From the NCBI GenBank assembly GCA_026713285.1, contig JAPOOT010000289.1, positions 1-45,279 of the forward strand: DNA of 45,279 nucleotides. The letters run 5' to 3'. The stretch comes from Gemmatimonadota bacterium. GTDB lineage: Bacteria > JAAXHH01. A program made the translations under genes and the position numbers. This document shows, piece by piece, positions 29,213-38,048 of this stretch; the first letter of the stretch is position 1, and every line of letters begins with the position of its first letter. The notes beneath the pieces are model-generated. The model saw nothing but the letters and a program-made list of their open reading frames with translations. It did no database searches and was not told the origin of the DNA.

Positions 29213-29348
29213 GGGGATTCCCCGGCGCGGTTCCGGGGTGCGATTCCCCGGTGCGGTTCCGGGGTGCGGATCGCAAACGGTTCCGAGTCGTGTCTACTCG
29301 GTGCGGTTCCGGGGTGCGGTTCTCCGGTGCGGATCGCGAACGGTTCCG
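29213..29348. repeat. GC-rich intergenic repeat cluster
   Basis: gcggttccggggtgcg x3 and ggtgcggatcgcRaacggttccg x2. Confidence 0.8.
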
Positions 29349-29415
29349 CTCTTGCCGTTTTGATTCCTCAAGGATTGCTTTCCTGACGACGGAATGACAA
29401 ACAACGGAGGGAACA

Positions 29416-30321
29416 ATGACCACCCGGGATTCCACACGCCTGATCATGGGCAAGGACGAGTTGCAGATGGACGGCAGGTACCTGTCCACGCTCCGGGAAG
29501 CCAACGAATTGCTGGACGACGCGGACGGGCTGCGCGAGCGCATGGCCGAAGACGGCTACCTGCTCATCCGGAGACTCCATGACCCGGACAAGGTCGTGGA
29601 AGCCCGCAGGGCCGTCCTGGAGAATCTCGACGCCAACGGCCAGATCGACCGGGACTATCCCCTCGATCTGGGTGTAGCGGCGCCCGGAAAGCGGGGAGCC
29701 TTCTTCGGCGGCGCCAAGCAGGTGACCCATACGGACGAATTCCTCGCGGTGGTCAACTCCCCCGAAATCATGGGGTTCTTCGAAATGTTTCTGGGAGGGC
29801 CCGTCCTCACCTTCGACTACAAGTGGCTGCGGGCAGTGGGCCCGGGAACCAACACCGGGGCGCACTACGACATGGTCTACATGGGACGGGGCACGCCGAA
29901 CCTGTATACCGTGTGGACGCCCCTGGACGATGTCACCTACGACATGGGTCCCCTGGTCATTCTGGCCGGATCCCACCAGTTCGAGGCCGTCAAGGAGACC
30001 TACGGCAAGATGGACGTGGACCGCGACCACGTGACGGGCCACTTCACCAACGAGCCCATCGAGATGGTCGACCAGTACGGGGGCCAGTGGCAGACGAACG
30101 AATTCCGGATGGGCGACGTGATCGTCCTCGGCATGTACACCATGCACGGGTCCATCAACAACGCCTCGAACCGATACCGCATCAGCACCGACACCCGCTA
30201 CCAGTTGGCCACCGAACCCGTCGACCACCGTTGGGTCGGCGAGAACCCCGTCGCCCATTACGCGTGGACCGAGGGCAAGACCGTGTCCATGGATGAGATG
30301 CGTAAGAAGTGGAAGGTCTAG
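29416..30321 (+). CDS. Phytanoyl-CoA dioxygenase (PhyH)-family protein, canonical HxD...H
   Basis: EDGYLLIR, GAHYD, TVWTPLDD, AGSH, MHGS, RISTDTRY. Confidence 0.9.
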   Translation: MTTRDSTRLIMGKDELQMDGRYLSTLREANELLDDADGLRERMAEDGYLLIRRLHDPDKVVEARRAVLENLDANGQIDRDYPLDLGVAAPGKRGAFFGGAKQVTHTDEFLAVVNSPEIMGFFEMFLGGPVLTFDYKWLRAVGPGTNTGAHYDMVYMGRGTPNLYTVWTPLDDVTYDMGPLVILAGSHQFEAVKETYGKMDVDRDHVTGHFTNEPIEMVDQYGGQWQTNEFRMGDVIVLGMYTMHGSINNASNRYRISTDTRYQLATEPVDHRWVGENPVAHYAWTEGKTVSMDEMRKKWKV

Positions 30322-30471
30322 CGCGTTAATGGAGATCGCGGACCGCCCGGCCGTCCATACCGCCGTGTCAGCGGGCCGCCGCACGGATCACACAATCCCG
30401 CAATCGGTCCGGCACAGATCGAATATCCCTGACCACTCACCCGGTTACCACGGGAACGCGAAGTGCGTCAT

Positions 30472-33400
30472 ATGAGAACCACACCCGTCCTCCTGGCCGG
30501 CCTCATCGTGCTGTGCGCCATATCCGCCTGCCAGACGTCCGGGGTCCGCGAGCGCGTGGCGTTCCAGGCCGAACCGGTCGTCGAAGGCCAGGTGGCCGGC
30601 GTGGTCGATTCCACGCGGATCCGGCAGACCATCGCCGACCTGGTGTCCTTCGGTTCCCGCGTGGCCGGCTACCCCGGGGCCACCGAAGCGGCCCACTACC
30701 TGGCCGGCCGCATGGACGAGATCGGACTGGAGGACGTGGAGATGGAAGAGTTCGTCGCTTCCGTCCCGCTGGACGAGGGCGGCGAACTGGTCATCCTGGA
30801 CGCCACGACCCTCGCATTCCCGTCGATTCCCCTCCACGCCGTGTGGCCCAACCTGGTACGCACCTCCACGACGCCACCGGCCGGAATCACGGGCATGCTG
30901 CACTACGTGGGCGCCGGTGATTGGACGGACTTCAACGGCATCGATCCAACCGGCGCCATTTTCCTGATGGACTTCAACTCCGGCGTGAACTGGCAACGCG
31001 CCGCCATGCTCGGCGCGGGCGCTGTGATTTTCGCGGAACCCGACCACACCACGCGGGTGGACGGCGAGGAGAAATACCTCCAGGTCCCCGTCAATTTCCC
31101 TCGATTCTGGATGGAGAAGGAATGGGCGGACCCGCTCGTGGCGTATCTTGAAGTCAACGGTCCCTTCACTGTCAGGACAAAGGGGCGCATGACGTGGAAA
31201 CGCCTCCCGGCCTACAATGTCATGGGGAAAATCACGGGAACGCACCCGGTGTTGAAGGAAGAAGCCATCGTGCTGGAATCCTATTATGATTCCATCTCTC
31301 CCGTGCCGGCCGTATCCCCCGGAGCGAACCAGGCATCGGGCGTAGCCGCGCTCCTGGAGATGGCCCGGTACTTCGCAGCCAATCCCCCTGCGCGTACCGT
31401 GTATTTCCTGGCAACCTCCGGGCACTTCCTGTCCCTCAGCGGCGTGAACGACTTCACGAACCGGCATACGCGCAAGACCCCCTATTTCGCGGAGCAGATC
31501 GAAGAGCCGATCAACATGAAGCTCTTCGCCGGGATCGACCTCTCGAGCGCCCGGGACCAGATCGGCGTTTATTATGCCGGCATCCTCTTCGCCGGGAACT
31601 CCTTCGAAAAACAACGGTTTTTCACACCTTTCGGCCGGACCTTCATGGGTTACGCGCAGGAGGTGATCCGTCGCGGGGTTTTCCCTTCCGACGCGCTGAT
31701 GAACGTGATCACGCCCTCCCAGGGCATACAGAGTACGGAGTTCTTTCCGGCGGGCAACATCGCGCTGGACGCGGAACTGGTCTTCTGGACGGGTTTCCCC
31801 GCGCTCTCCTTTGCCACGGTTTTCGACGTCCGCGAGTACGTAGACACCCCCCTGGACGATATGGAACGGGTGAACATCCGCAACGTGTATACGCAGGCCG
31901 TGCTGTTGACGGAACTATTCGGGCGGGCTGTCAACGACCCCATGCTGTTTCCGGACTTCAAGATGCAGCTCGACGATCGTTTCGTGCGCGGACGCATCCG
32001 GGTGGTCGAGTTCGATCCCCGGGAAGACTATATCCCCAGCAAGCCCAAGCCCGGTGCCGTGGTCCGGTTCCGCCGTTACAACAAGAGCATCAGCGGGGTC
32101 AAGAACGAGATCTTCGTGGTGGCGGACAGCATGGGCGTGGCCGAAAGCACCGAGCTGGAAGCGGGACGCACCTATCCTACCGAGGGATACGTCATGGATC
32201 CCGATACGGGGGACATTATCTACGCGCCGGACCGGGGTCCCTACGGGGAAGGGGCTTATCCCCTCGAGATTACAATGGACTGGGTGGACAAGGAAAAGCC
32301 CACGGTAGTCTTCCGTTCCGATGCGACCAACCTGTACGACCTCGTGGATCCGAGGTTCCTGACCCGGCTCAACGAGGCCGTGCTGCTGGATGAGTCGGGC
32401 AATCCGCCGCTCGAGTGGGGCATGACCTTTCAGGAGGGCGGCTGGACCACGGGTTTCTCCTACGAGGAAGACACGGCCGTCCTTTTCACGCCGCCGGAAA
32501 GCCGGTTCAAGGTCACCATGTCGAGCGGACTGTTCGGCCGCCGCCTGATCCTGACCAACGCCGGTGAAGACCATCCGGAAGGCATCGGTTTCGAGTCGGG
32601 GATCGGCGCGATTCCCCTGACTTCGTACCAGGTCGCGCGGGACCTGTGGCACCTGGACGAGGCGCGGATCGCCGCACTCAAATCCGTGGGGGTAAGCAAC
32701 GTCCGGCTGGACGAGTTCCACCAGGAAGCCGGACGCCTGCTGGACCTGGCCGAATCGGCCCGTCAGGACCTGCAGTGGGACCGCTTTATAAAGTACGCCC
32801 GGGCCGCCTGGGGATACGAGTCCAGGGCGTACCCCGACGCGACGGGAACGGCCAACGACGTGGTGCGGGGCGTCCTGTTCTACATGGTACTGGTGATTCC
32901 CTTCGCCTACGCACTCGAGCGGCTGGTCTTCGGTTTCGCGAATGTCTACAAGCGGATCGCCATGTCCTTTGCCATCTTTCTCGCGGCCTACGGCGTGCTG
33001 CGATTCACCCACCCGGCGTTCCAAATTACCACGGCGCCCGATATCGTCCTTCTCGCCTTTATAACCTTCGTCCTGGCCGCCGTGGTCATCTGGCTCATCT
33101 CCCAGCGGTTCAGCCAGACCATGCGGGAGTTCCGGCAGCATACGCACAGCGTGCAGGCCACCGACGTGCGCCGTTCGAGCGCGTTGGCTACGGCCTTCGC
33201 CCTCGGCATCGGGAACATGCGCAAGCGCAAGGCCCGGACGCTGCTGACCTGCGCCACGCTCGTGCTCCTGGTATTCACCGTGCTGTCCTTTACTTCCGTA
33301 CAGACCTACTTGCGGATCCAGAAAGTGAGCACGGACGCGGAATCCGCCTACACGGGTTTCCTGGTCCGGAACCCAAACTGGGCGCCGCTGCAGAAGCAGA

Positions 33401-35151
33401 CGCACCAGTACGTCCTGTCGGAATTCGGGTCGACAGAGGCCGAAGACGAGGACATCACCATCGTGCCCAGGTCGTGGTACGCCGGTACCGCGCCGGGGGT
33501 GAATACCTACATCAAGGTCGAGCATGACGCCGCGGACAGTTCCGCCCGGTCCACCTACGCGTCGGCCATCCTGGGCCTGCTGCCGGACGAGCGGACGGTC
33601 AGCGGCCTGGACCGTATCCTGACGGCGGGCAGGTGGTTCGAGGGGGATGAAAGGGACGTGTGCATCCTTCCCGTCGAGATGGCGCGGCTTCTCGGGATGT
33701 CGGAAGCGGACGCAGGTCAACAGGAAATCAGTATCTTCGGCAAACCCTTTACGGTCATTGGCCTATTCGACTCGGCCGCAATGGACAGGATCACCGACCT
33801 GGACGACGAGCCGCTCACCCCCGTGGATTACACGGCGACGGGGCGCGATCTGATCACCGAGCTTGCCATGATGGATTACGATGAGGAACCGGTGCAAATG
33901 GCCCGGTTCGAACACCTCCCGGCCGCGAATCTGATCCTTGCGCCCCATGCCTACGTAAACGACGTCGGGGGAACGCTCCGGTCCGTCGCGGTCCGTTTCC
34001 CCTCGGATGATGGCGCCCTCGACCGGATCGAACGCTTCATGCAGCGGCTGGGGATACCCGTGGTGGCCTCCGTGGGCGGAGAGGTCGCCGTGTTCAGCGC
34101 CATGGCGCTGAGTTCGCTGTCGGGCCTGGGCAACCTGTTCATCCCAATGGTGGTTGCCGCCCTGATCATCCTGAACACCATGATGAACGCCGTGTATGAA
34201 CGCTTCAGCGAAATCGGCGTATACAGCGCCGTGGGCCTGGCCCCGGCGCATATTGGCGCGTTGTTCATGGCCGAAGCCGCCATGTACGCCGTGATCGGGG
34301 GCATGTCCGGCTACCTCATCGGGCAGACCGTTGCCCGCGGTATCACGGAATACGAGATGCTTGCGGGCTTGACGCTGAACTATTCATCCCTGTCCGCGGT
34401 GGCCTCGACGGCCATGGTCATGGTGGTGGTCATGCTCTCGACGATTTATCCAGCGCGCAAGGCATCCCAGATGGCCGTTCCGGACGTCAACAGGCAGTGG
34501 TCCTTCCCCGATCCCGAAGGCGACGACTGGCGTTTCGAGTTTCCCTTCACCATAAGTAGCACGGAGACGCTCGGCCTGTGTGCTTATCTGACCCGGTTCT
34601 TCGAGTCCTACGGCGAGAGTACGCTGGGGAGTTTCATGACGGACGAGGTGAGCCTGACGGGCAGAAACGGCGGATCAGGCGGTGCGGGCCGCGCGACGGA
34701 AGCGGATGGGAATCCGCCCGGTAGAGATGTCCCGGTCAACGACGCCGCGGACCTTGAATCCGCTTCGGGCGCGGCCACTGATTCCGCGGCCCGCGGAAAC
34801 TTCGAGTCGGCAGCCGGCATGGCCACGTACGAAATTACAATGAAGACCTGGCTGGCGCCCTACGACACGGGGGTGAGCCAGCGGGTGACCCTTCACGCGT
34901 CGCCCGCCGAGGACGAACACGACCTGTACGCCGTGTGGGTGCACATCTATCGCCTGAGCGGCGACGTGGATTCGTGGCAACGCCTGAACCGCCGCTTCCT
35001 GAACGTGCTGCGCAAGCAGTTCCTGGTCTGGCGTACCGTGGACCAGGAGGTCAAAACGGTCTACGCGGGTGAGGGGCGGGAGATGATTGGTGCGGGCGCG
35101 GGGACTGGCCCGCGTACGGAGACTGGTCCAGGTACGGTGGAACCGGCCTGA
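30472..35151 (+). CDS. Large membrane protein: PA/M28 peptidase-like ectodomain fused to a MacB/FtsX-like permease
   Basis: ISAC lipobox, SRVAGYPG, NVMGKITG, YYDS...PGANQASG; GNMRKRKARTLLT and AVYERFSEIGVYSAVGL FtsX motifs. Confidence 0.88.
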   Translation: MRTTPVLLAGLIVLCAISACQTSGVRERVAFQAEPVVEGQVAGVVDSTRIRQTIADLVSFGSRVAGYPGATEAAHYLAGRMDEIGLEDVEMEEFVASVPLDEGGELVILDATTLAFPSIPLHAVWPNLVRTSTTPPAGITGMLHYVGAGDWTDFNGIDPTGAIFLMDFNSGVNWQRAAMLGAGAVIFAEPDHTTRVDGEEKYLQVPVNFPRFWMEKEWADPLVAYLEVNGPFTVRTKGRMTWKRLPAYNVMGKITGTHPVLKEEAIVLESYYDSISPVPAVSPGANQASGVAALLEMARYFAANPPARTVYFLATSGHFLSLSGVNDFTNRHTRKTPYFAEQIEEPINMKLFAGIDLSSARDQIGVYYAGILFAGNSFEKQRFFTPFGRTFMGYAQEVIRRGVFPSDALMNVITPSQGIQSTEFFPAGNIALDAELVFWTGFPALSFATVFDVREYVDTPLDDMERVNIRNVYTQAVLLTELFGRAVNDPMLFPDFKMQLDDRFVRGRIRVVEFDPREDYIPSKPKPGAVVRFRRYNKSISGVKNEIFVVADSMGVAESTELEAGRTYPTEGYVMDPDTGDIIYAPDRGPYGEGAYPLEITMDWVDKEKPTVVFRSDATNLYDLVDPRFLTRLNEAVLLDESGNPPLEWGMTFQEGGWTTGFSYEEDTAVLFTPPESRFKVTMSSGLFGRRLILTNAGEDHPEGIGFESGIGAIPLTSYQVARDLWHLDEARIAALKSVGVSNVRLDEFHQEAGRLLDLAESARQDLQWDRFIKYARAAWGYESRAYPDATGTANDVVRGVLFYMVLVIPFAYALERLVFGFANVYKRIAMSFAIFLAAYGVLRFTHPAFQITTAPDIVLLAFITFVLAAVVIWLISQRFSQTMREFRQHTHSVQATDVRRSSALATAFALGIGNMRKRKARTLLTCATLVLLVFTVLSFTSVQTYLRIQKVSTDAESAYTGFLVRNPNWAPLQKQTHQYVLSEFGSTEAEDEDITIVPRSWYAGTAPGVNTYIKVEHDAADSSARSTYASAILGLLPDERTVSGLDRILTAGRWFEGDERDVCILPVEMARLLGMSEADAGQQEISIFGKPFTVIGLFDSAAMDRITDLDDEPLTPVDYTATGRDLITELAMMDYDEEPVQMARFEHLPAANLILAPHAYVNDVGGTLRSVAVRFPSDDGALDRIERFMQRLGIPVVASVGGEVAVFSAMALSSLSGLGNLFIPMVVAALIILNTMMNAVYERFSEIGVYSAVGLAPAHIGALFMAEAAMYAVIGGMSGYLIGQTVARGITEYEMLAGLTLNYSSLSAVASTAMVMVVVMLSTIYPARKASQMAVPDVNRQWSFPDPEGDDWRFEFPFTISSTETLGLCAYLTRFFESYGESTLGSFMTDEVSLTGRNGGSGGAGRATEADGNPPGRDVPVNDAADLESASGAATDSAARGNFESAAGMATYEITMKTWLAPYDTGVSQRVTLHASPAEDEHDLYAVWVHIYRLSGDVDSWQRLNRRFLNVLRKQFLVWRTVDQEVKTVYAGEGREMIGAGAGTGPRTETGPGTVEPA

Positions 35152-35249
35152 TCGTCGCTGCGGTTCAGCAGGAATGGCCGGGCGATGATCGGCGCAGTCG
35201 CGTGAAAGGGTTGGACGCGGTCCCGTTATCAGGCTGAAGGAGGAATACC

Positions 35250-35720
35250 ATGGAAGGCGGAGGCAGCGGAGGCCCCTGGCTCAACACTCTGATGGGACAG
35301 AACGTTCGGGTTATGACGCCGGGATCCGCCACGGAGGACCGCATGACCGTCATCGAGGCCGTCGAGCCGCCCCACAGTCCGCCGCCCGTCTTCACCCGCC
35401 ACGCCTTCATCGAGATGTTCCTGGTCGTCAAGGGCGCCCTGACCTTCCAGTTCCTACACGAAAGCGCCTTCGTGATCGAAGCCAGCCAGATGGTGACCGT
35501 ACCCGGCTACCGGCCCCATTCCTTTTGGAACGAGGGGGACGATCCGGCGGGGGTCATGCTGATCTGCACGCCCGCGGGGCTGGACCGGTTCTTCGAGGCT
35601 TCCGATCGGTTGCTTCGGCGCATGCCGACGGACACGGCCGATCCCGATGAGTTGAAAGCGGAGATGGCACGCCTTCGGAAGGAGTTCGGGCTGGAACACG
35701 TGGCGCCGGCGCCGAAATAA
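35250..35720 (+). CDS. Cupin domain protein
   Basis: TRHAFIEMFLVVKGAL, VPGYRPHSFWN, TPAGLDRFF; AAGGAGG RBS. Confidence 0.85.
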   Translation: MEGGGSGGPWLNTLMGQNVRVMTPGSATEDRMTVIEAVEPPHSPPPVFTRHAFIEMFLVVKGALTFQFLHESAFVIEASQMVTVPGYRPHSFWNEGDDPAGVMLICTPAGLDRFFEASDRLLRRMPTDTADPDELKAEMARLRKEFGLEHVAPAPK

Positions 35721-36030
35721 GCCTTGGTGATCTTTGGTAGGCTACCCAATCTTTCATAAGAGTATAGCATCCCTAGAACACTGTTGTGTCGACGACACCG
35801 TGCAATAGCGAGTGGTTGGAGGATTTGACGTATCCTATAAACTGAGTTGACCCCGTTTAGTACGTATGAATTTGTGTACAACGAGGAGTGTTCGACACAA
35901 CTCCAAGAAATGTGAACCTGTCTACAAACCGGTAATCTTGGTTTTATGTGCACCGGGTAAAGTCAGTCCGCGTGGGTATGACAGCGTTTATCGAAAAGCT
36001 CGGCCGTATGAGGATCAAGGAGTTGGCGTG

Positions 36031-36831
36031 ATGGCGAGAGTCCGAAAGTCAACTGCAATTGAACGATTGCAGAGGTTGGTTGATGAGGCTTCAGAGCTGG
36101 ATATGGAGGATGATAGCTCTCAGGAAGTTCAAAAATGGATACAGGACGTTTTTACCGCTTTTATCAACATATTCGGTGAGGATAGTTCTCAGTTTTCACG
36201 ACTTCCGCAAAGTCACAAAACAACCCCAAGTGGGGTTCGTGAATACCTGAGATCAATGGTTTCCTGCGTCGCGTCTAGTCTCGATGAGATCAAGTACTTT
36301 CGTGAGGATGAAACAGAAACTGTGAAACAACCCTCAGAACAGGGTGACTTAAAAGCACCAGATAAGGACTGTTACGACCAGGGATCGGCGACCAAAAAAG
36401 TCTTTGTCGTTCATGGTCACGACGAGGCCGTCCTGCAGGCGGTTGCGAGATTTCTAGAAAAGCTGAAACTCGAACCAGTAATCCTGCACGAACAGGCGAA
36501 TCAAGGCCGCACGATCATAGAGAAATTTGAGGATCATTCGGATGCGAGTTTTGCCGTGGTTCTGCTGACACCTGACGACATAGGCGCGGCCGTTACGGAT
36601 AAGGCCGATCTACGGCACCGAGCTCGTCAGAACGTAATTCTCGAACTCGGATTCTTCATTGGGAAGTTGGGTCGCAACAGGGTCTGTGCTCTGAAATCGC
36701 GTTGTGTCGAAAATCCGTCGGACGTTGATGGGATGGTCTATATCAACCTCGACGAGCCAGATGCATGGAAGACCGGACTCGTGCGGGAGTTAATGGCAGC
36801 TGGTTTCGCCATCGACGCTAACTGGGTTTAG
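36031..36831 (+). CDS. TIR-like nucleotide-binding domain protein (PF10137-type) with helical N-domain
   Basis: KVFVVHGHD, ILHEQANQGRTIIEKFE, FAVVLLTPDD, RARQNVILELG, PSD; AAGGAG RBS at ~36018. Confidence 0.9.
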   Translation: MARVRKSTAIERLQRLVDEASELDMEDDSSQEVQKWIQDVFTAFINIFGEDSSQFSRLPQSHKTTPSGVREYLRSMVSCVASSLDEIKYFREDETETVKQPSEQGDLKAPDKDCYDQGSATKKVFVVHGHDEAVLQAVARFLEKLKLEPVILHEQANQGRTIIEKFEDHSDASFAVVLLTPDDIGAAVTDKADLRHRARQNVILELGFFIGKLGRNRVCALKSRCVENPSDVDGMVYINLDEPDAWKTGLVRELMAAGFAIDANWV

Positions 36832-36836
36832 CAGCC

Positions 36837-37142
36837 ATGAACGCACAGTTGTCGATTTCCAAAACCGAATTGTCAGCCTATTGTAAAAATCATGGCATCC
36901 GACGATTAGCAATTTTCGGATCGGTGCTCCGGCCAGATTTTGGCCCGGAGAGCGATATCGACGTACTGGTCGAGTTCGCACCGGGTCACACTCCCGGTCT
37001 GCTGGGCATGGCCGGATTGGAGATTGAACTATCCGAATTGTTTGGCGGTCGGAAGGTGGACCTGCGGACTCCTGAGGAATTGAGTCGTTATTTTCGACAG
37101 AAGGTCATTGACACGGCAGAAGTTCTATATGTGCAGGGATGA
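36837..37142 (+). CDS. Minimal nucleotidyltransferase (MNT/MntA antitoxin)
   Basis: FGSVLRPDFGPESDIDVLVEF (GSX10DXD), GRKVDLRT. Confidence 0.92.
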   Translation: MNAQLSISKTELSAYCKNHGIRRLAIFGSVLRPDFGPESDIDVLVEFAPGHTPGLLGMAGLEIELSELFGGRKVDLRTPEELSRYFRQKVIDTAEVLYVQG

Positions 37143-37254
37143 CGAAATCCCATTACAGCACATGTTGGACGCCGAGCGGGAGGCAGTGTGTTTTTCACGA
37201 GGACACAGTTGGTTGCAGCCGCTAAGTCAAGCCTACCATATCGCGCGTGAATAG
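37129..37254 (+). pseudogene. Truncated HEPN/HepT (DUF86) toxin remnant
   Basis: Overlaps the MNT 3' end; MCRDDEIPLQHMLDAEREAVCFSRG resembles a DUF86 N-terminus, then drifts and stops at 41 aa with no RX4HXY. Confidence 0.75.
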
Positions 37255-37613
37255 TAATCCAGGATGGTGGTGTCCGAAGTCACGAGCAGGCATTTGTTCA
37301 ATTTGGCCGTGGCCACGATCGTGCGGTCGACAGGATCCCGGTGATCCCAGTCCAGTTCGAGATTCCCGATCCATGTCCACACGTCCACTGGACGTACTTC
37401 AATCCGTTCGGTCCGTTCCAGATTTTATGCGAAGTCCTGAATGGACAGGGGCAACACAAGATCGGCCTTTTTCACCCTAACGCCGATCTCCCAGATCGAG
37501 ATCGAACTGATGCACACGCGGTCGGCTTGTGTAATCGTCTGGTCGTCGATTTTGGACAGGCGTTCGGGATCCAGTGTCCAGAAAACAAGCGCGGACGTAT
37601 CCAGTACGACCAT
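37233..37613 (-). pseudogene. vapC: VapC (PIN domain) toxin with one in-frame TAA
   Basis: MVVLDTSAL...SSISIWEI; TAA at 37427-37425; frame continues NLERTERIEV...HRDPVDRTIVATA...LVTSD...AIW to TAG at 37233. Confidence 0.9.
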
Positions 37614-37843
37614 TACGTTTCATCCCATTCGTCGATTGTCGGTGTGTCGATGTCTCCATGATAGACGATCTTTCCCCGCAGTCCATCGAAGATCCTGTCA
37701 ACCGATTGCTTTGGCTTTATGGGTTTTACACTGAGAACTGGACTCCGGTTATGCGTTACGATCAGATCCTCGCCCGATTCCTCGATTTCTCGAAATACCC
37801 GAAGCATATTGGCCTTCAGCTTGCTCTTCGATTTGAACAGCAT
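37613..37843 (-). CDS. Phd/YefM family antitoxin
   Basis: SKSKLKANMLRVFREIEESGEDLIVTHNRSPV; TAATG coupling to vapC; GGAG RBS. Confidence 0.88.
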   Translation of the reverse strand: MLFKSKSKLKANMLRVFREIEESGEDLIVTHNRSPVLSVKPIKPKQSVDRIFDGLRGKIVYHGDIDTPTIDEWDET

Positions 37844-37874
37844 ATGGACTCCAGTCTGTTTAGCAAAAGACTAT

Positions 37875-37884
37875 GGTCATGACC
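37875..37884. promoter_or_regulatory. Palindrome GGTCATGACC, likely Phd operator
   Basis: Perfect 10-bp palindrome about 30 nt upstream of the antitoxin start. Confidence 0.45.
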
Positions 37885-38013
37885 CTGGTTATATTCGAAG
37901 GATTTCCTATGAACCGTCAAGGATTTATCTCATTCTCGGCAACTTAGAAGTCGGATTCCGTGCGACTATTCCGACTGTATAGGTATGATGTTCAATTCAA
38001 TGTGTAAGACAGG

Positions 38014-38042
38014 TTGACAATCGACGTCCCGACGTCTAATAT
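38014..38042 (+). promoter_or_regulatory. sigma70 promoter of the MTase (leaderless), with two GACGTC sites in the spacer
   Basis: TTGACA-17 nt-TAATAT, 6 nt then ATG 38049; no RBS. Confidence 0.7.
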
Positions 38043-38048
38043 TAAAAT

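Noticed and set aside
36031-37142. CBASS or Pycsar system
   Set aside because: The NTase is a 101-aa MNT with its HEPN remnant, not a CD-NTase or cyclase; the TIR lacks a recognisable sensor domain
37425-37427. Programmed readthrough or recoding in vapC
   Set aside because: The stop is TAA, which many neighbouring genes use normally; a simple nonsense mutation is more likely
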